64,000 nucleotides of DNA, from NCBI RefSeq assembly GCF_009834535.1, contig NC_045697.1, forward strand, positions 9,984,001-10,048,000. The letters are read 5' to 3'. This document shows, in pieces, positions 49,053 through 62,544 of the stretch (the stretch's first letter is position 1; the number at the start of each line of letters is the position of its first letter). Position numbers and translations under genes: made by a program. The notes under the pieces were generated by a model, which had not been told where the DNA came from, ran no database searches, and worked only from the letters and a program-made list of their open reading frames with translations. Origin of the DNA: Camelus ferus (Eukaryota).

Positions 49053-51089
49053 TGTGTGTGTATGTGTGTGTATATGTAAGTATGCGCACATTTTCTAGTT
49101 CTATTCTTATTACTGCAACTTTAAAAATTCATATCGAAGAACTGGAGAAATACAGTCTTTGTTCACTTGGCCTTCATGGTCTGCCTCAGTCCTTTGGAAC
49201 ACCCATTCCAGAAGAGCAGAACCTTGTTTATTTTGTGAATCACTTTATCTTAAGCCTAGATAGTGCCTGCCACAAGGTGGGTGGTTGGTGAACTATTTGC
49301 CAAATGGATGAAAAGACAAATAAGTGATTAATCATTCTCATTTAAAAATTCAAAGGGGTCCCTGATTTATCATAGTTATATCAGGCTGATCCTACCAAGA
49401 ATCCCAGGCTTCTAGCCAAATTTGAGTTGAACAGACTGCTCTCTCCAGAAGTGTAAACAGAATGTCACATGAATTCATGGGTTTCTACACACAGGCTGGT
49501 GTCTCCCAACTGCCCTTTCCACCAGTGCCACGAAGACTAAGGTATAAGGGTCTGTTGTGATCACTGCCAAATCCCCAGTTCCTAGAACAGTGTCTGCCAT
49601 ACAGTAGTCCCTTGATTAATGAAAATGAGATTTCTTCTGGCAGTTCTTCTCAAAAATGAACTTGAGCCTTTCCCCCTTTTGGACCAGCACTCTGTTCACT
49701 CCATCAGCACTTACGTACACAGCCATCGTCCCTTAACTATCATCCCTGTGACTTCAGATAAATCAAGGGAAGTTATTCATGTGAAATAAAAAAGTTAAAA
49801 ACCCAAGAATTCAAATCCAGTGAATAATACTCTTTAAATCAAAGAGACTATTCATTAAAAACTAAAATTGGCCGAAAGACAAGTCACCTTGGAGAGCCAG
49901 CCAGGTCAGGTAACACAGAAGGCCCACCCTGTGATTTTATGGTCCACAGTCTGCTTACAGACTCAGAGTTCAGCCTCCTCTGGACATGGGCTCCACGGCA
50001 AACCCTGTACGAATGTGAATCGCTACCATTTATGTGGGCTCCCTCCCTGTTTGAGGATAGCTCTGACCTCTGATATTTTCCCTGCTGCTTCCTTTGCAAA
50101 TCCTTCAAAATCCCATGTCCTGCCCCAGGATCCTGAGGACCCCATCCACTGCTCAGATGCTGAACTGCTTCCCAGTTGAGAGGGGCCCCCACACCCCATG
50201 CTCCCTCACTCTCTTGTTGCACTGGAAGAGGACTTCAGGGCATAGAAAAGAGAAGAACATGGAGAAGGTCCCATGCTAACTAGCTTCACAGCCCAGTATC
50301 AGGACCACGGGCACAGGAGAAACAGTCCTGGAATTGTCCCTTTGGTGTTCCTTAACACAACCAACCCAGCCTGTGTCTTCTCTTTCCCACAAAATTGTCC
50401 TCTAGGAAGGAGAGAGCTTATTTAATAAGCACCATCGAGCACTTATCCTGTTCTAAGGGTATTATAGGTATTGACTCATTTTATCCTCGAAAACAATCCT
50501 ATGAATTAGCTACTAATTATGCTCACCAAATATTTCCAGCTCTCCACCTCCCAGGCATCTCCTGAGCCCTGTAGTTGGGTAAGTTCATGTAACTGGTTCC
50601 TACCAGTAAGATGTGAGCCAAGTAATGTGTGTACATTTGACAGCCAGACCCTCCAAACCACCCTTTTCCCTCTGCCATGGGTACCAGCAACTCTCAGATG
50701 CCAATTTCTCCATTAAGAAGCAGTTTCTCACACATTGTACCCTTGCCACAAACCTATAATACAATCTCAATTTCCATAATGAAGAAACCGACGTTAGCAG
50801 AAACCAAGTGTGTTTCTCAAGGTCACATGGATGATAATAGTTAGAGATTGGGCTCTGATTCAGGTTTTTTTTTTAAACTTTACTTTGTAGAAACAGGTGA
50901 GTAATTGTAACAGTGAGCTTCTGACAAGGCAGAGCAGAGCCCCAAGCCAATCCTCCATGAAAATGGAGAGTCAGAGAGATATAAATCTTTGCTGTTGTAA
51001 ACCACTGAGGTCTAGGGGTTATTTGTTACAGTGACTTGCCTGGGCCTCTCCTGACCCATTCTAGGAGGCAGATCCTAGAATTGTCCTCT

Positions 51090-51215
51090 TTTTGAGGATG
51101 AGGAAATTGAAGTCTAGTAATATTAAGAAACTTGCCCAAGGTCACACAGCTAGTAAGCAGTGGAGTTACTATTTGAACCCAGATGGTTTGGGAAAGAATT
51201 CCTCTCACTGCTATT
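51090..51215 (-). mobile_element. MIR SINE core
   Basis: gatgaggaaattgaag..ttaagaaacttgcccaaggtcacacagctagtaag..atttgaacccaga. Confidence 0.8.
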
Positions 51216-51307
51216 TCAGCTGGTTTATCACCCAGCAGGTGATGCTGCCCACAGCCCAGCATCCACAGAGAGACTGCAGCATCTGCCTGTGATGATCATG
51301 GAGGAAG

Positions 51308-51737
51308 TGTGTTTTAGGGCTGCCATAAAAAGTTACCAAAACCTGGATGGCTTAAAACAACTGATATTTGTTCTCTCATAGTTCCAGAGACCAGAAGTCT
51401 GAGATCAAGGTATCAGCAGGGCCATGCTGCCTATGAAGGTTCTAGGGGAGAATCCATTCCTTGCCTCTTTCAGCATCGTGGTTCATGGCCACATCACTTC
51501 TTTCTCTGCCCCCATTACCCCATCGCTTCCTCCTTTTCTCTGTGTGTCTCTCCTCTGTGTATCTTTTAAAAGGACACTTGTCATTGAATTTAGGACTTAC
51601 CTGGATATTCCATTATGATCTCCTCATCTCAGGATCCTTGATTTAAGGGTGGTTGCAAAGACCCTATTTTCCAAAAAAATCACATTCTGAGGTTTGGGGT
51701 GGACATGGATTTTGGGGACACTATTCAAGCCAATAGA
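51308..51737 (-). mobile_element. MaLR solo LTR (MLT1B/C-like)
   Basis: agggctgccataa..ggatggcttaaaacaac..agaagtctgagatcaagg..gcaaagaccctattttccaa..ggggacactattcaa. Confidence 0.85.
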
Positions 51738-53507
51738 GAAGGGGAATGCCAGACACCTACTGAAGTCACTGCCTCCACCATCTTTCCCAGAAATGAGTGG
51801 ACATTGACAAAAATAAAAATTTAAACTCCAAAAGAGATTAGAAAACTGTGTCAAAGTCACACAAAGTTGGAGATGGGGGTTGGGGAGCCCTGAACAGAGG
51901 GGGAGGAGAAGGAATTAGGAGTTGAGCCCTTGGCCAGGTTAAGCCACTCCACTTTTTGAAATCACAGAATTGATGAGCTCTCACTGTTTAAGTCTCAGTC
52001 CCCTTAGACTCCTTCTTGTGTTAGGCAAAATTCTGCAGCAATGGGTATCCACTTTATGCCATAGGCTTGTCTCCCTTTCCCACTTGGAGGAGAGAGCTGG
52101 GATCCAGCTGGTGGTCTTCCAGTTTCCCTAGGGGAGAGCAAATGGGAGCTCTTGCCTTATGACTGGGAAGGATGTAACTACTGGGTCCTAGACACAGAGA
52201 TAGGGAAGAAGTCTCCTCAAGAACTTGGCCTGCAGATGTAATGCTTGGTTGGACTTGCCTGTTCTCCAGAGTAACCTTCACTCTCCACTGTCCTGTACAC
52301 AGCCAGATCACTCAGTTATCTTCTGGCCCCACAAAGCAGTAAAGTCTGAGCCTCCCTGGGATATATAAAATGGATGTACCTCACCATCAAGAGAATTAAT
52401 TTCTTTCTGAAGATTCTTGTCTGGTCTACATTAAAAATTTGTAATTCTGCTCCTCATGCAACTGACCTCATTTCTTGAGCACTAATAACCTTAGCCATAT
52501 TATGCATTTGTTGGTCCCTATGCTCTCTGCCAAAATCCACCCCCTCCTTCCTGCCCTGAGTCATATTACAATGGTTCCAATATTGAAGGGTCCCATGCCC
52601 CAAGAGTTACTCTCTAATCATTAGGCTTCTTTGCTCACCACAGTAAGGAAGACCAAAGAAGAGTTTCTGTTATCCCTTGATGCCAGAGATTTTTTTGCCA
52701 CCTGCTGGATTGCACTGATAGCGAGATGGCTATTGCAGAGATGAAGGGACTGTCCTAAAACCAGACAGACCCAGGCTCTGCATTTGACTTGTTGAGAAGA
52801 CTTGCACAGGGAAACCCCAAGTCTTAGCACTCCATGCCTTCACATCTAAATAGAGATAGCCACACCCTACTTATAAATGTTAGATGATAAGATGGAAATG
52901 AAATCACTTCTTATGATGCAGAAATACAAACACACAAGATTGCTGCTATTTTTCAACCTGTGCACTTCCAGTACCTCCTACATGAAGTGATTCTTCTATC
53001 CACATCCAGGACTGCCAGCAAATCCTTGGTTTCTTCAGTTTGCAAAAGCTGCTGACAAAGACCATTAGAAGGCACATGTGGGTAATCAGAGACAGGACTT
53101 CAAGGGGGAACACCAGTACCATCATCAGTAAGGTTCTGGTGCGACTTCAGAAGAAATGCTTCCGTCCTGCCTATCCACCCCCAGCAATTGCTCTCCAGTT
53201 CCCCTCAAAGAATGATTATAACTTGATCCTCAATTTGGCTGCTCATGTCAATGATAATCATCTCCATCGTCTGTAAATGATGAAACCTGCTGAATCTCCA
53301 TCACCACCCACCCTCAGAATAGGAAAAAGAATTAAGCACATCGCCAACAGATGTGACCAAATAAGGGAGAGGAAATAAAGGAATCCACAGTGAACTCTTC
53401 CTACTGTGCATTCCTCCATCTACTTTACTGCGACATGGAGAGATACAAATTAAAGAGAATAAACATTTATTAATGCCTTCCATATGCCACCATTTCTCTT
53501 AACCCCT

Positions 53508-53951
53508 GTGTATCAGCTGGGCTTGTCTAGAGAAACAGAACCCAAAGAGACAGAGAGAGAAAGAGAGAGAGATCTATAAAAGTATATACATATATAATCC
53601 CTATGCATGCGTGTGTATGTGTGTGTATATATTATTTTTTTAAAGGAATTTCCTCGTGTGATTGGAGTCTGCCAAATCCAAAATCTGTAGGGCAAACCAT
53701 TAAGCTGGAAATTTTATCAGGATGTCTATGTTACAGTCTTGAGGTAGAATTCCTTCTTCTCTAGGAAACCTTAGTTTTTTGCTCTTAAGGGCTTCTTGGA
53801 TTGGATGGGGGCCATCCATATTATTGAGTCTAGTCTCCCTTACTTAAAAGTCAATTGGTTATCAATGCTACTCCTACCTACAAAATACCTTTCCAGCAAC
53901 ATCTAGACTGGTGTTTGGCCAAACAACTGGTTGAGAGATAAGTGGCCATCA
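53508..53951 (-). mobile_element. ERVL solo LTR (MLT2C/D-like)
   Basis: ctagagaaacagaacc..(GA/TA/TG low complexity)..tccaaaatctgtagggca..cagcaacatctagactggtgttt..ccaaacaactgg. Confidence 0.8.
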
Positions 53952-54281
53952 CTCCCTGTGAGGAAGGCTGTGGTAGACCGTTAGTGTGGGGAAACTGAAG
54001 CTCCAGGACGTTAGATAATTACCCGAGGTGAACCAACACTAGTGCAAAGGGGAGATAGAATGTGACCCTAGATGAGGGCCGCTCTCTCCACTCCAGCATA
54101 TTATGCTCTGGGGAGACAACTGAACTTGTAAAATAGGCAAACTACAAAAGTGGCCCTAGGAAAAAGACTGCCAGGAAAAAAAGTATGGCTAACCCCAACA
54201 ACTCACTTCTTTCCTAAAGGATATAATATTGGTGGAAAAAAGAGTTTGACCAACTTCACTGTACTGCCTGTGTTCTTTAGA

Positions 54282-54412
54282 GTCTTGCTACCCAAACTTT
54301 AATCTCCAGACCAGTAGCGTCTGCATCACCTGGGAGCTCGTCAGAAACGCAGAATCTCAGGCCTCGTTCAGACCCGCTGAATCAGAAGGATCATTTTAGC
54401 AAGAGCCTCAGG
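54282..54412. mobile_element. MER5A-like hAT-Charlie MITE, left part (remainder at about 55776-55818)
   Basis: agaccagtagcgtctgcatcacctgggagctcgtcagaaacgcagaatctcaggc..gctgaatcagaa..ttttagcaagagcctcagg | tgattttcatgcac..ctgagaag. Confidence 0.75.
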
Positions 54413-55772
54413 TGTATTCATTTTCTCTTTCTACAGAGCAAATTACTATAAATTGAGAGACTGAAAACAAGACTCATGTATTTGCTCCCACTGCTGTAGG
54501 TCGGAAGTTGGGGTGGGGTGTGGTACAGGGCCAGGTGATATACTCAGAGTTTATAAGCCCCAAACCAAGGTATTGGCCTGGCCTCTCTTACCTGAGGGGT
54601 ATCTGCTTCAAAGCCATTCAGATTATTGGCAGGAATCATTTTCTTGTGATTGTAGGACTGAGATCTTCACTTCCTGGCTGGCTGTGAGCTGAGGTCCACT
54701 CTCTGCATCTGCATTTCTTTTCACATGGCCTCCCCCACATTCAAAGCAGCAACAGCACACTGGATCCTTCTCACCCTTGGAATCTCTCTGACATCCAGTG
54801 TTGCCACCAACCAGCCAGAAGCAGCTCTCTGCTTTTTAAGGCTCATGTGATCAGATGAGGCACACCCAGATAATCTCCCTGTCTTAAGATCAACTGTGCT
54901 GTATCATCAAACAGAATCACCAGAGTGGTATCTCCCCATATTTACAGGTTCTGTGGATTAGCCTGTATGATATGTGTTTTTTTCTAGCACCTCAAGTAAT
55001 TCTCCAATTCTCAGTGAAAACTGACCTGATATTCCACAAACTTAATTCAATTTTGACACTATGTATCTGGAGACAGTCCAGGTTGTCTCATCTGTGCTTC
55101 TGATTGACCAGCTACAGGCAGGAGGTTCCCACAACCTCTTTCTCCTCAGGATCAATTAATTTTCTAGGGCAGCTCACAGGACTCAGAAAAATATTTTACT
55201 TACTACATTACTGTTTATTGTGAAAGGATATAACTCAGGAACAGCCAGATGGAAGAAATGCATAGGACAAGTTATGTGGGAAGGGATACAGAGCTTCTAT
55301 GCCTGCCCTCTCCATGCGTTCTACCCTCATGCTCACCAACCCAGAAGTTCTCCAAAGCCCTTCCTTTTGGTTTTTACGGAGGCTTCATTACATAACATTG
55401 ATTGATTAAGTCATTGGCCATTGGAGATTGGAGGTAGGGGTGGCCGGGGCAGAGATGGGGAGACAGAGTTCCAATCCTCCAATCACATGGTTAGGACCCT
55501 TGGCCACCAGCCCCCATCCTTAGGTGCTTTCCAAAAATTACCTCACTAACATAATCTCAGGTGAGGTTGAAAGACATTTGTTATGAGTATTAAGATACTT
55601 TCATCACTCTCGTCATTTAGTAAATTCCAAGGGTTTTAAGAGCTCTGTGCTAGGAACAGGGACAACAATACAAACTTGTGTTTCTGATTATAAGTCACAA
55701 TTATTACAAGTGAGACATCTTTAGGAGGCCGGGGGGCGGGGGGGGGGTCATCCTTGAACTCTGCCTACCACA
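54413..55772 (-). mobile_element. MaLR LTR (MLT1E/F-like) split by a MER21-like LTR
   Basis: ttcttgtgattgtaggactgag..cacccagataatctccct..ttaagatcaactg. Terminal ctctgcctaccaCA at 55772, after the insert. Confidence 0.7.
54964..55708 (-). mobile_element. ERVL solo LTR (MER21-like)
   Basis: gcagctcacaggactcag..aaaggatataactcaggaacagccagatggaagaaatgcatagg..aaattccaagggttttaagagctctgtg..tcacaattattaCA. Confidence 0.8.
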
Positions 55773-57754
55773 CCGATGATTTTCATGCACAACATTAACA
55801 ACTGAGAAGTGTTATTGAGACTTTTTAGAATTGTGATTCACACTGTCAGTTCTTATAATCTGTGGCATGAGACCCTCATGATTTGGTTAACAAATGTAGC
55901 TCATTTTAGATCATACTTGCATTATCTCATTTAACTCTTTAAACAGCTTACGTATGGTCATGGGAACTTCCCTTCAGAAGATGAAAAAGACTCAGAGAGC
56001 CTCAGTGTTCTGAAAAGGTACAGGACAAGTGCACAGAACAGCTGGTATTTGAACCTGAACTCCTGCTTAAAGTCAAGTGTGATTCCTCCCTCTCTCCTTC
56101 CTCCTGATAATACTTCTATACACTTAGAGAGACTAGCTTTTGTAGATCATTGGGAAAGCAACTCTGCTATTAAACTCATTTTTCTGATGGGTGAAAGACT
56201 CATAGAATAATTAATTAAATAGTTTAGTATTTAGTGAGCGATTTACTATGGTGCCTGCCTATCACCCCTGACAGCAGAGAGGGCACTCCAGGAGTTAATG
56301 GCTCAAGGTAATAGTGAGGGGTTCTAACCTGGTCTAGGAAGCTCAGGAAATCCTTCCAGAATGACTTGCTTCTCAGTCGTTAATGTTGTCAATTCAAAGA
56401 GAAGGCACCCAAATAGCATTTTTGAGGAGATATTTTTGGATCAAGGGCCTTTCCTGTGAAATCCTTCAAATCACACCCCAGGAGTGATGTGGCCATAAAT
56501 AGAAGCTGCCTTGGAGAAAAGTTGGGGACCTAGAACTCGGATTCTCAACCAGGCATCAGCAGCTGTCATTGGGAATATCATGGACTACCTCGGAGCCTCA
56601 GATTTCGTAAAACCTTGGTTGTTTTTTTAAAAGCCTTGGTTGGTAAATTAACTTTATGATCCTTCTGTTCAAGGATGCTGCCCTAGGGACAGTGGTGAGC
56701 TAGGTGAAAGGGGAAGTTCATGAAAGGAGGGGACCGAATACCTGGAAACTGTTTCCTGAAAACTACCGCAGCCCTGGCGGCCCCAGGCCCTGCTCTGAGC
56801 CCACAGGACTGGGTGGACAACTGCCTAGGCAAAGCGAGGAAAGCTGGCAGCATAAAAGGGAGGCAGGAAAAGGTGGCCTGGAGGAACTCTGTTGACAACT
56901 TTTACATGGTCCTACCTTGAGCCTGGAGGGCAACTGGGTTTAGCAACGGTGTGGATCTCTTCCAGCTATGGGACTCAAGTCCTGCTGAAAACAAAACCTG
57001 ATCCTTCAGTGCCCACCGTCAGCCACTTTCTCCTTTGACATTTTAACAGCCCAAATGGAAAACTCTTGGGGACCCAGTTACAAAGTATGGTGAGTCATGT
57101 CATCAAGTTAAATGATGCCACCTGCGTACTTTGTTTCATCTGGAAGTCTTCTAAAGTCTGTTTTTTTTAAAAAGGAGTCTGAACAGCTGGCCACCAGATG
57201 CCAGTCTCCAACCCTTGAGTTGTGTTGGCAGCTGATAATTTAATGACAAATCCTCGCTTAAGCTGGTGCATAGTTAGTTCCAAGCTGGACTTTTATTATT
57301 GTGTGGCATTTAAATCCAAGACTAGGGAAGGCATAATGGAAAGAGGACAAAGGTGGGCCAGGAAAACAGTCCCAAAGGTAGGGTAGCTAGGGCCAATAAA
57401 AGTTTTAGAAGTTTTAGTTTAGGACCTTGTACCTAGATAAGTAAATGAGAATAAATATATAGATATATATATAATATATATAATATAAAATATATATAAA
57501 AATAAGGCTTGCTTACAGGTAATAATTCAAAACAAGTACCAAGTCACAGTACGTTTCAAGACTTTCTAACACTTATCAAACATATATCTTTGATACAATG
57601 AACTGAAGACAACACAAGGCACATTTGAATATCAATAGATAATCATAAGGTTTCCTTACTACTGCAGCATTCCATTTTCTAAAGAGGATATACAAGTGGG
57701 AAAGAAGAGTCAGAATTCTCAAAAATAACTGCAGAAAATATTATTTTCAATATT

Positions 57755-58640
57755 TTTTTCTTTTTAAATCTCCTTAATTTAGGTATAATTCACATATAAG
57801 AAAATGCAACCAACCATCTTACACATATGATTCAATGAGTTGTGACAAGAGTCTACTATTATAGTCACCACCACAGTCAAGATATAGACCATTCCCATCA
57901 TTCCCCAAATTTCCCTGCAGTCCTTCTCCGCAGTCCCTTTGCTTTCGGTCTTCAGACCCACCCTGGGTCCAGGCAGCCACTGATCTGTCATGATAGATGG
58001 ACTTTCCAGCTCTAAAAGTGCTTCTAGATGGAATCATATAGATAGTACATTCTCTTTTGTATTGGTTGCTTGGGTTCAGTATAATGTTTCTGAGATTCAC
58101 CCATGTTGTTTTTTATATATATATACATACACCATCCCTTCATTCTTTTCTTTTTGCTCAGTACGGAGTAATACTCTGCTGTGTGGATTTACTACAGTTG
58201 GTTTATTTGTTCACCTGTTGATTGACATTTGAATTCTTTCCAGGTTTATTGCTGAGTAGTATTCAATGATATAAACATAATCTGAATTGTTCATCCACTC
58301 ACTCACAGATGGAGATTTTGTTTCCAGTTTTTGTTTGTCACAAACTAGGCTGCCATGAATATTCTTGTATTAACTTCCACAGATAGATTTTTCATTTCTC
58401 CTGGGCAAATAACCTAGGAATGGAATTGCTGGGTTTTATGCTAGAGGTACAGTTCACTTGATATGAAGGTGCCAACTGGTTCTGTTTGTACTGTTTTACT
58501 GCCCTACCAGCACTGTATGAGAGCTCAGTTTTCTACTTGTCCATTCTTGGCACCATCAGTCTTTAACATGTTAGCCACGAAGGGGGTGTATAGTGTTACC
58601 TCACTGTTTTTAATTTTTATTTCCCTGGTGACATGAGTTT
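57755..58640 (-). mobile_element. Ancient L1 3' end (L1ME-like)
   Basis: aggtataattcacata..caccacagtcaagatatagaccatt..caggcagccactgatctg..tctgagattcacccatgttg..cctaggaatggaattgctggg. Confidence 0.75.
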
Positions 58641-58706
58641 TAAGACACTTTTTAAAGTAGGAAGAGAGGAAACTTGGATTCAGGCACAGAGATAGAAGGT
58701 AATGGG

Positions 58707-58795
58707 TAGAGTTACCATACTTTCCTGAGTGCCTAGGACAGTCATGGCTTACACCCAGTGTCCTGGTATCATTACCAATAGCAAAGCACCCCTTT
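58707..58795. mobile_element. MER94-like hAT MITE fragment interrupted by the MLT1A LTR
   Basis: tagagttacca..tgcctaggacagtc..ttacacc..tgtcctgg..aatagc..cccctttc. Confidence 0.5.
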
Positions 58796-59161
58796 CCTAG
58801 CTCAATCTGCCATAACAAAATTCCATGGACTGGGTGGATTAAAAAACAGGAATTTATTTCTCACAGTTCTGGAGACTAGGAAATCCAAGATTAATGTGCT
58901 GACCAGTTTGGTTCCCCAGTGAAGCCTCTTTTCCTGGCTTGCAGATGGCAGCCTTCTCTCTGTGTTCTTATACGATGGAGAGAGAGAGGAAGCAAGCTCT
59001 CTGACGTCTCTTCTTATGAGGACACCCATCCCATCATAAGCTGCCTACCCTCCTGACATCATCTAAACCTGAGTATCTCCTAAAGGTCTCACCTCCAAAT
59101 ACCATCACATTGGGATTAGAGTGTCAGCATATGAATTTGAGAGAGGGGTCCCTCCATAGCA
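58796..59161 (-). mobile_element. MaLR solo LTR (MLT1A0-like)
   Basis: ctgccataacaaaattccatggactgggtgg..ttatttctcacagttctggag..cacctccaaataccatcacattggg..catatgaattt..ccatagCA. Confidence 0.85.
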
Positions 59162-59746
59162 GTTTTGTGATTGGATTAAGTTTTGCTGTTCAATGTGTGA
59201 TGTAGTCTCCTCTGTCTCTTCACAAAACCTTTAGTAAATGTACATTTTTCACCAATACATTTAAGGTTGTTGTTGTGTTTGTAATTCAAGTGCCAAGAGC
59301 AGAAGTTACCCAATGAGACTTCATCACATTCATGCTAGAATAATTATAAACTTTAATAACATTAAAAGGCATATGACACTAGACACATTATATTATTGAA
59401 CTGTTAGCTTTCCTCTAGGCTAGTATTTTGGTTGGAGAACAAAGCTATAAAGCACACAGCAAGTTTAAAAAACCATGATTATCAATGAAAATATATTATT
59501 TCAAGTTCTGGTCATTTCTGAAATAAATCTGCAGACTTACTCTAACATTTAATTTTGACCTTTTGTGAACTGAAAGAATCACACTCCACAATCAGGTACA
59601 AGTTTGCCCATGAAAGCAAAATAAAAGTTGAGCCAGGGATTTTGTCCATGCCTGAAACCAAATCCAAGCAAAAATGTTTTCTTGACCTCCTTCCCGTTTT
59701 CCTCTTTCATTCTGGCCATGAACTATCATCAGAATGTAACCATTTC

Positions 59747-59943
59747 CAAAATGTAGGATAGATAAACAAGATTATACTGTATAGCACAGGGAGATATATA
59801 CAAGATCTGGTGGTAGCTCACAGTGAAAAAAATGTGACAATGAATATATGTAGGTTCATGTATAACTGAAAAATTGTGCTCTACACTGGAATTTGACACA
59901 ACATTGTAAAATGATTATAACTCAATAAAAAAAGTTAAAAAAA
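59747..59943 (+). mobile_element. 5'-truncated young L1 3' tail (same type as the full-length copy)
   Basis: Closely similar to about 15145-15331. Perfect 16-bp TSD agaatgtaaccatttc at 59731-59746 and 59944-59959. Confidence 0.95.
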
Positions 59944-61179
59944 AGAATGTAACCATTTCAATTTCACAGTCTCTCCCTTCCCTGTTAGGATTCACAATAT
60001 GATAACATCCAGCCCCAAGCATTGCACCTGGTAGCACTTCACAACTGTCTGAAAATGGACAAAAGCATACACTCACACCTTAAATCAGCTTCGTACCTCT
60101 GTCCACATTTTCACAATGTAACTTTTCCAATGGTTTTACCCTTATGTGGTTTCATTTGGCAGGACTTTTTTTAAGTATGCACATAAATACAAGGTATTAC
60201 GTGAGGCACCATGGGGATAATAGAAAGTTACAAGGAAGGTAAAGACATAATCCCAGCCTTTGAGAAACTTATACTTCATTATGGGAAAAAAAAAAAAAGC
60301 CACTCACATAAAGAACCACGACATTAAGCAGAAAGTGATAAGTATCCTGTGAGTGAGATGAATGACTACAGCTTGAAAGCATTGGGTGTTCTTGCAGGCA
60401 GCGCTTTGCCAGGACAAGAGAACTATGCATGTCAGAATTAGTAGCCAAGTGGGGAATAAAGTAATAGCTTTGCAAGTGCCCATTCATACCACACCCTGGC
60501 CAAGGAGAAGAAAAGTTGATCTTTTCTCATGCTTAGTCTTGAACACAAGGTTTATACTTCGAATTCCAAGTGAGCTTTGCTACTTTCCATCTCCCACCCA
60601 CAAATCCACACACTTGATACTGTATCCACTTACTTAATCAACTGTATGGGCCAAAAGTCTAACACAGAGTGAAAGAATGGCGGACCCACCTCTGGGCAGA
60701 TGACTTTTCCTGTTACTACATGGAAACAGAAAATTGAAAACCACACACTCACTGGAGGGCAGAGGAAGTGAAAGGGTAAAACAAAACAATTGCCCAGCCC
60801 TGAAGACAGAGGTTGTTCCCTGATCTACCACAGAATCAGATGAGAGCTCAAGCTGTAGAGGCTAGTGAACTATTTTCAGTAAATTTCGGTCTTGGACCAA
60901 CCATACCAAATCTTGACCCAACTGTTTCTCCACTAGACCAGGAAAGGAAGATTATGGAAAGAGAAAACAGTAGTATTATCTCTTTCTTTCCCATGGGTTG
61001 AAGATGAGATGTGAGCAGAGGGGCAGAAATATTTCCTTTCTCCTCATAAGTGTCATTACCTTAAAAGAGCCTCTTCCCAATCCTACCTTGTACAATATTT
61101 GTCCCATAATATGTGCCTCAAAAATAAACATTCTTTGAATCAAGTATTTCTTTGGAAAGAAATGGAATATTTTACCCCT

Positions 61180-61620
61180 TAGTGGAAGATTAATTGCACC
61201 CATGATACAAACTTTTGCACATTCTTGTACCCATATCTAATTCGGTAGACTCTAACACTGACCCTGGGCTGGCATATGCCACTTGCTTTGGCCGATGAGT
61301 CAATAGCAAACTTGATACAATCAAAAAACTTGAATGAGTTGCGTATTTCAACTTCTTCTCTTAGACTAAAATTACCTGAGGATATGTCCAGACTATTCTA
61401 GAGAATGAAAGACATGGAATGGAGTTACCTGCCACAGTCAGGGACATCCTAGATCAGCCAACAGCCAGAAAACCACAAGACATAGGAGGGAGTGCCTGCC
61501 AAGCCCAGGAGAACTTCCTGGCCAAGCACAGCCAAGATCAATGGAACTACCTATTAACTCACAGATCATGAGGAATAATAAATGATTGCTATTTTAAAAG
61601 TCACTAAAAAGTTGCTTTAA
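61180..61620 (+). mobile_element. MaLR LTR (MLT1H-like), 3' tip not seen
   Basis: gggctggcatatgccacttgctttggccgatg..catcctagatcagcca..acagatcatgaggaataataaatgattgctatttta. Confidence 0.6.
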
Positions 61621-61637
61621 AAGCTGTGTTTTTTCTT

Positions 61638-62200
61638 ACACATGCACCCCAACATTCACAGCAGTACTATTTACAATAGCCAAGACATGGAAGCAAGCTA
61701 AATGTCCATCAACAGATGACTGGATAAAGAAGTTGTGAAATATTTATATAATGGAATACTACTCAGCCATAAAAAGTAATGGAATCATTCCATTTGCATT
61801 ATTTCAAATAATGGACCTAGAGATCATCATACTAAGTGAAGTCAGCCAAAAAGAGAAAAATATCATATGATGTCATTTATATGTGAAATCTAAAAAAAAA
61901 AAGGACACAAATGAACTTATTTACAAAACAGAGAAAGATTCACAGACATAGAAAATAAACTTATGGTTATGGGGGTGGGGAAGCATAAATTGGGAATTCC
62001 GGATTTGCAGATACTATTATACATAAAATTGATAAACAACAAGGTCTTACTATACAACACAGGGAACTATATTCAATACCTTGTAATAGCCTATAATGAA
62101 AAAGAATATGAAAAGGAATATATATATGTATAAATGAATCAGTATGCTGTACACTGGAAATTAACACAACATTGTAAATCGACTCTATATCAATTAAAAA
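61638..62200 (+). mobile_element. 5'-truncated LINE-1 3' end
   Basis: catgcaccccaa..ctatttacaatagccaagacatggaagca..atggaatactactcagccataaaa..acattgtaaatcgactctatatcaattaaaaa. No TSD resolved. Confidence 0.93.
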
Positions 62201-62544
62201 GAAATGAGAGTGAATTAAAACACCCTCAAGTCTTCTTCCAAATCTGTGATCCTGTGATCTACAAATAAGTTGTCTCCTTTCCAAATTTTGACTATTTTCA
62301 GTAAGCTGATCTGCCACCTTATGTGACCAAGAAAGCGAGAAGGGGCCTTCAGTTTTTCTCACCGTGACTAAAATCCATGAAAGGTGAGCCAGAGACAGCA
62401 AACTCAGAGAAATGGCTTCTGCCCCATCTGTGTCTCTGAGACCCAACAGTGATGAGCCCATAGTACACATCCGTGTACCATCTGACCATCTGGAGAAGGT
62501 CAGAACCTCCTGTGTGGCTGCACCTTGAAGTTGGGACTGAATTA

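Larger units (their letters stand above)
47350..49105 (+). mobile_element. Ancient L1 3' region (L1MC/L1MD-like), interrupted by younger inserts
   Basis: ccagcaatcccc.tctgggaatttacccc..aaatgtccaa.tatagg..gaataaacta. The 3' UTR resumes after 48346. Confidence 0.6.
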
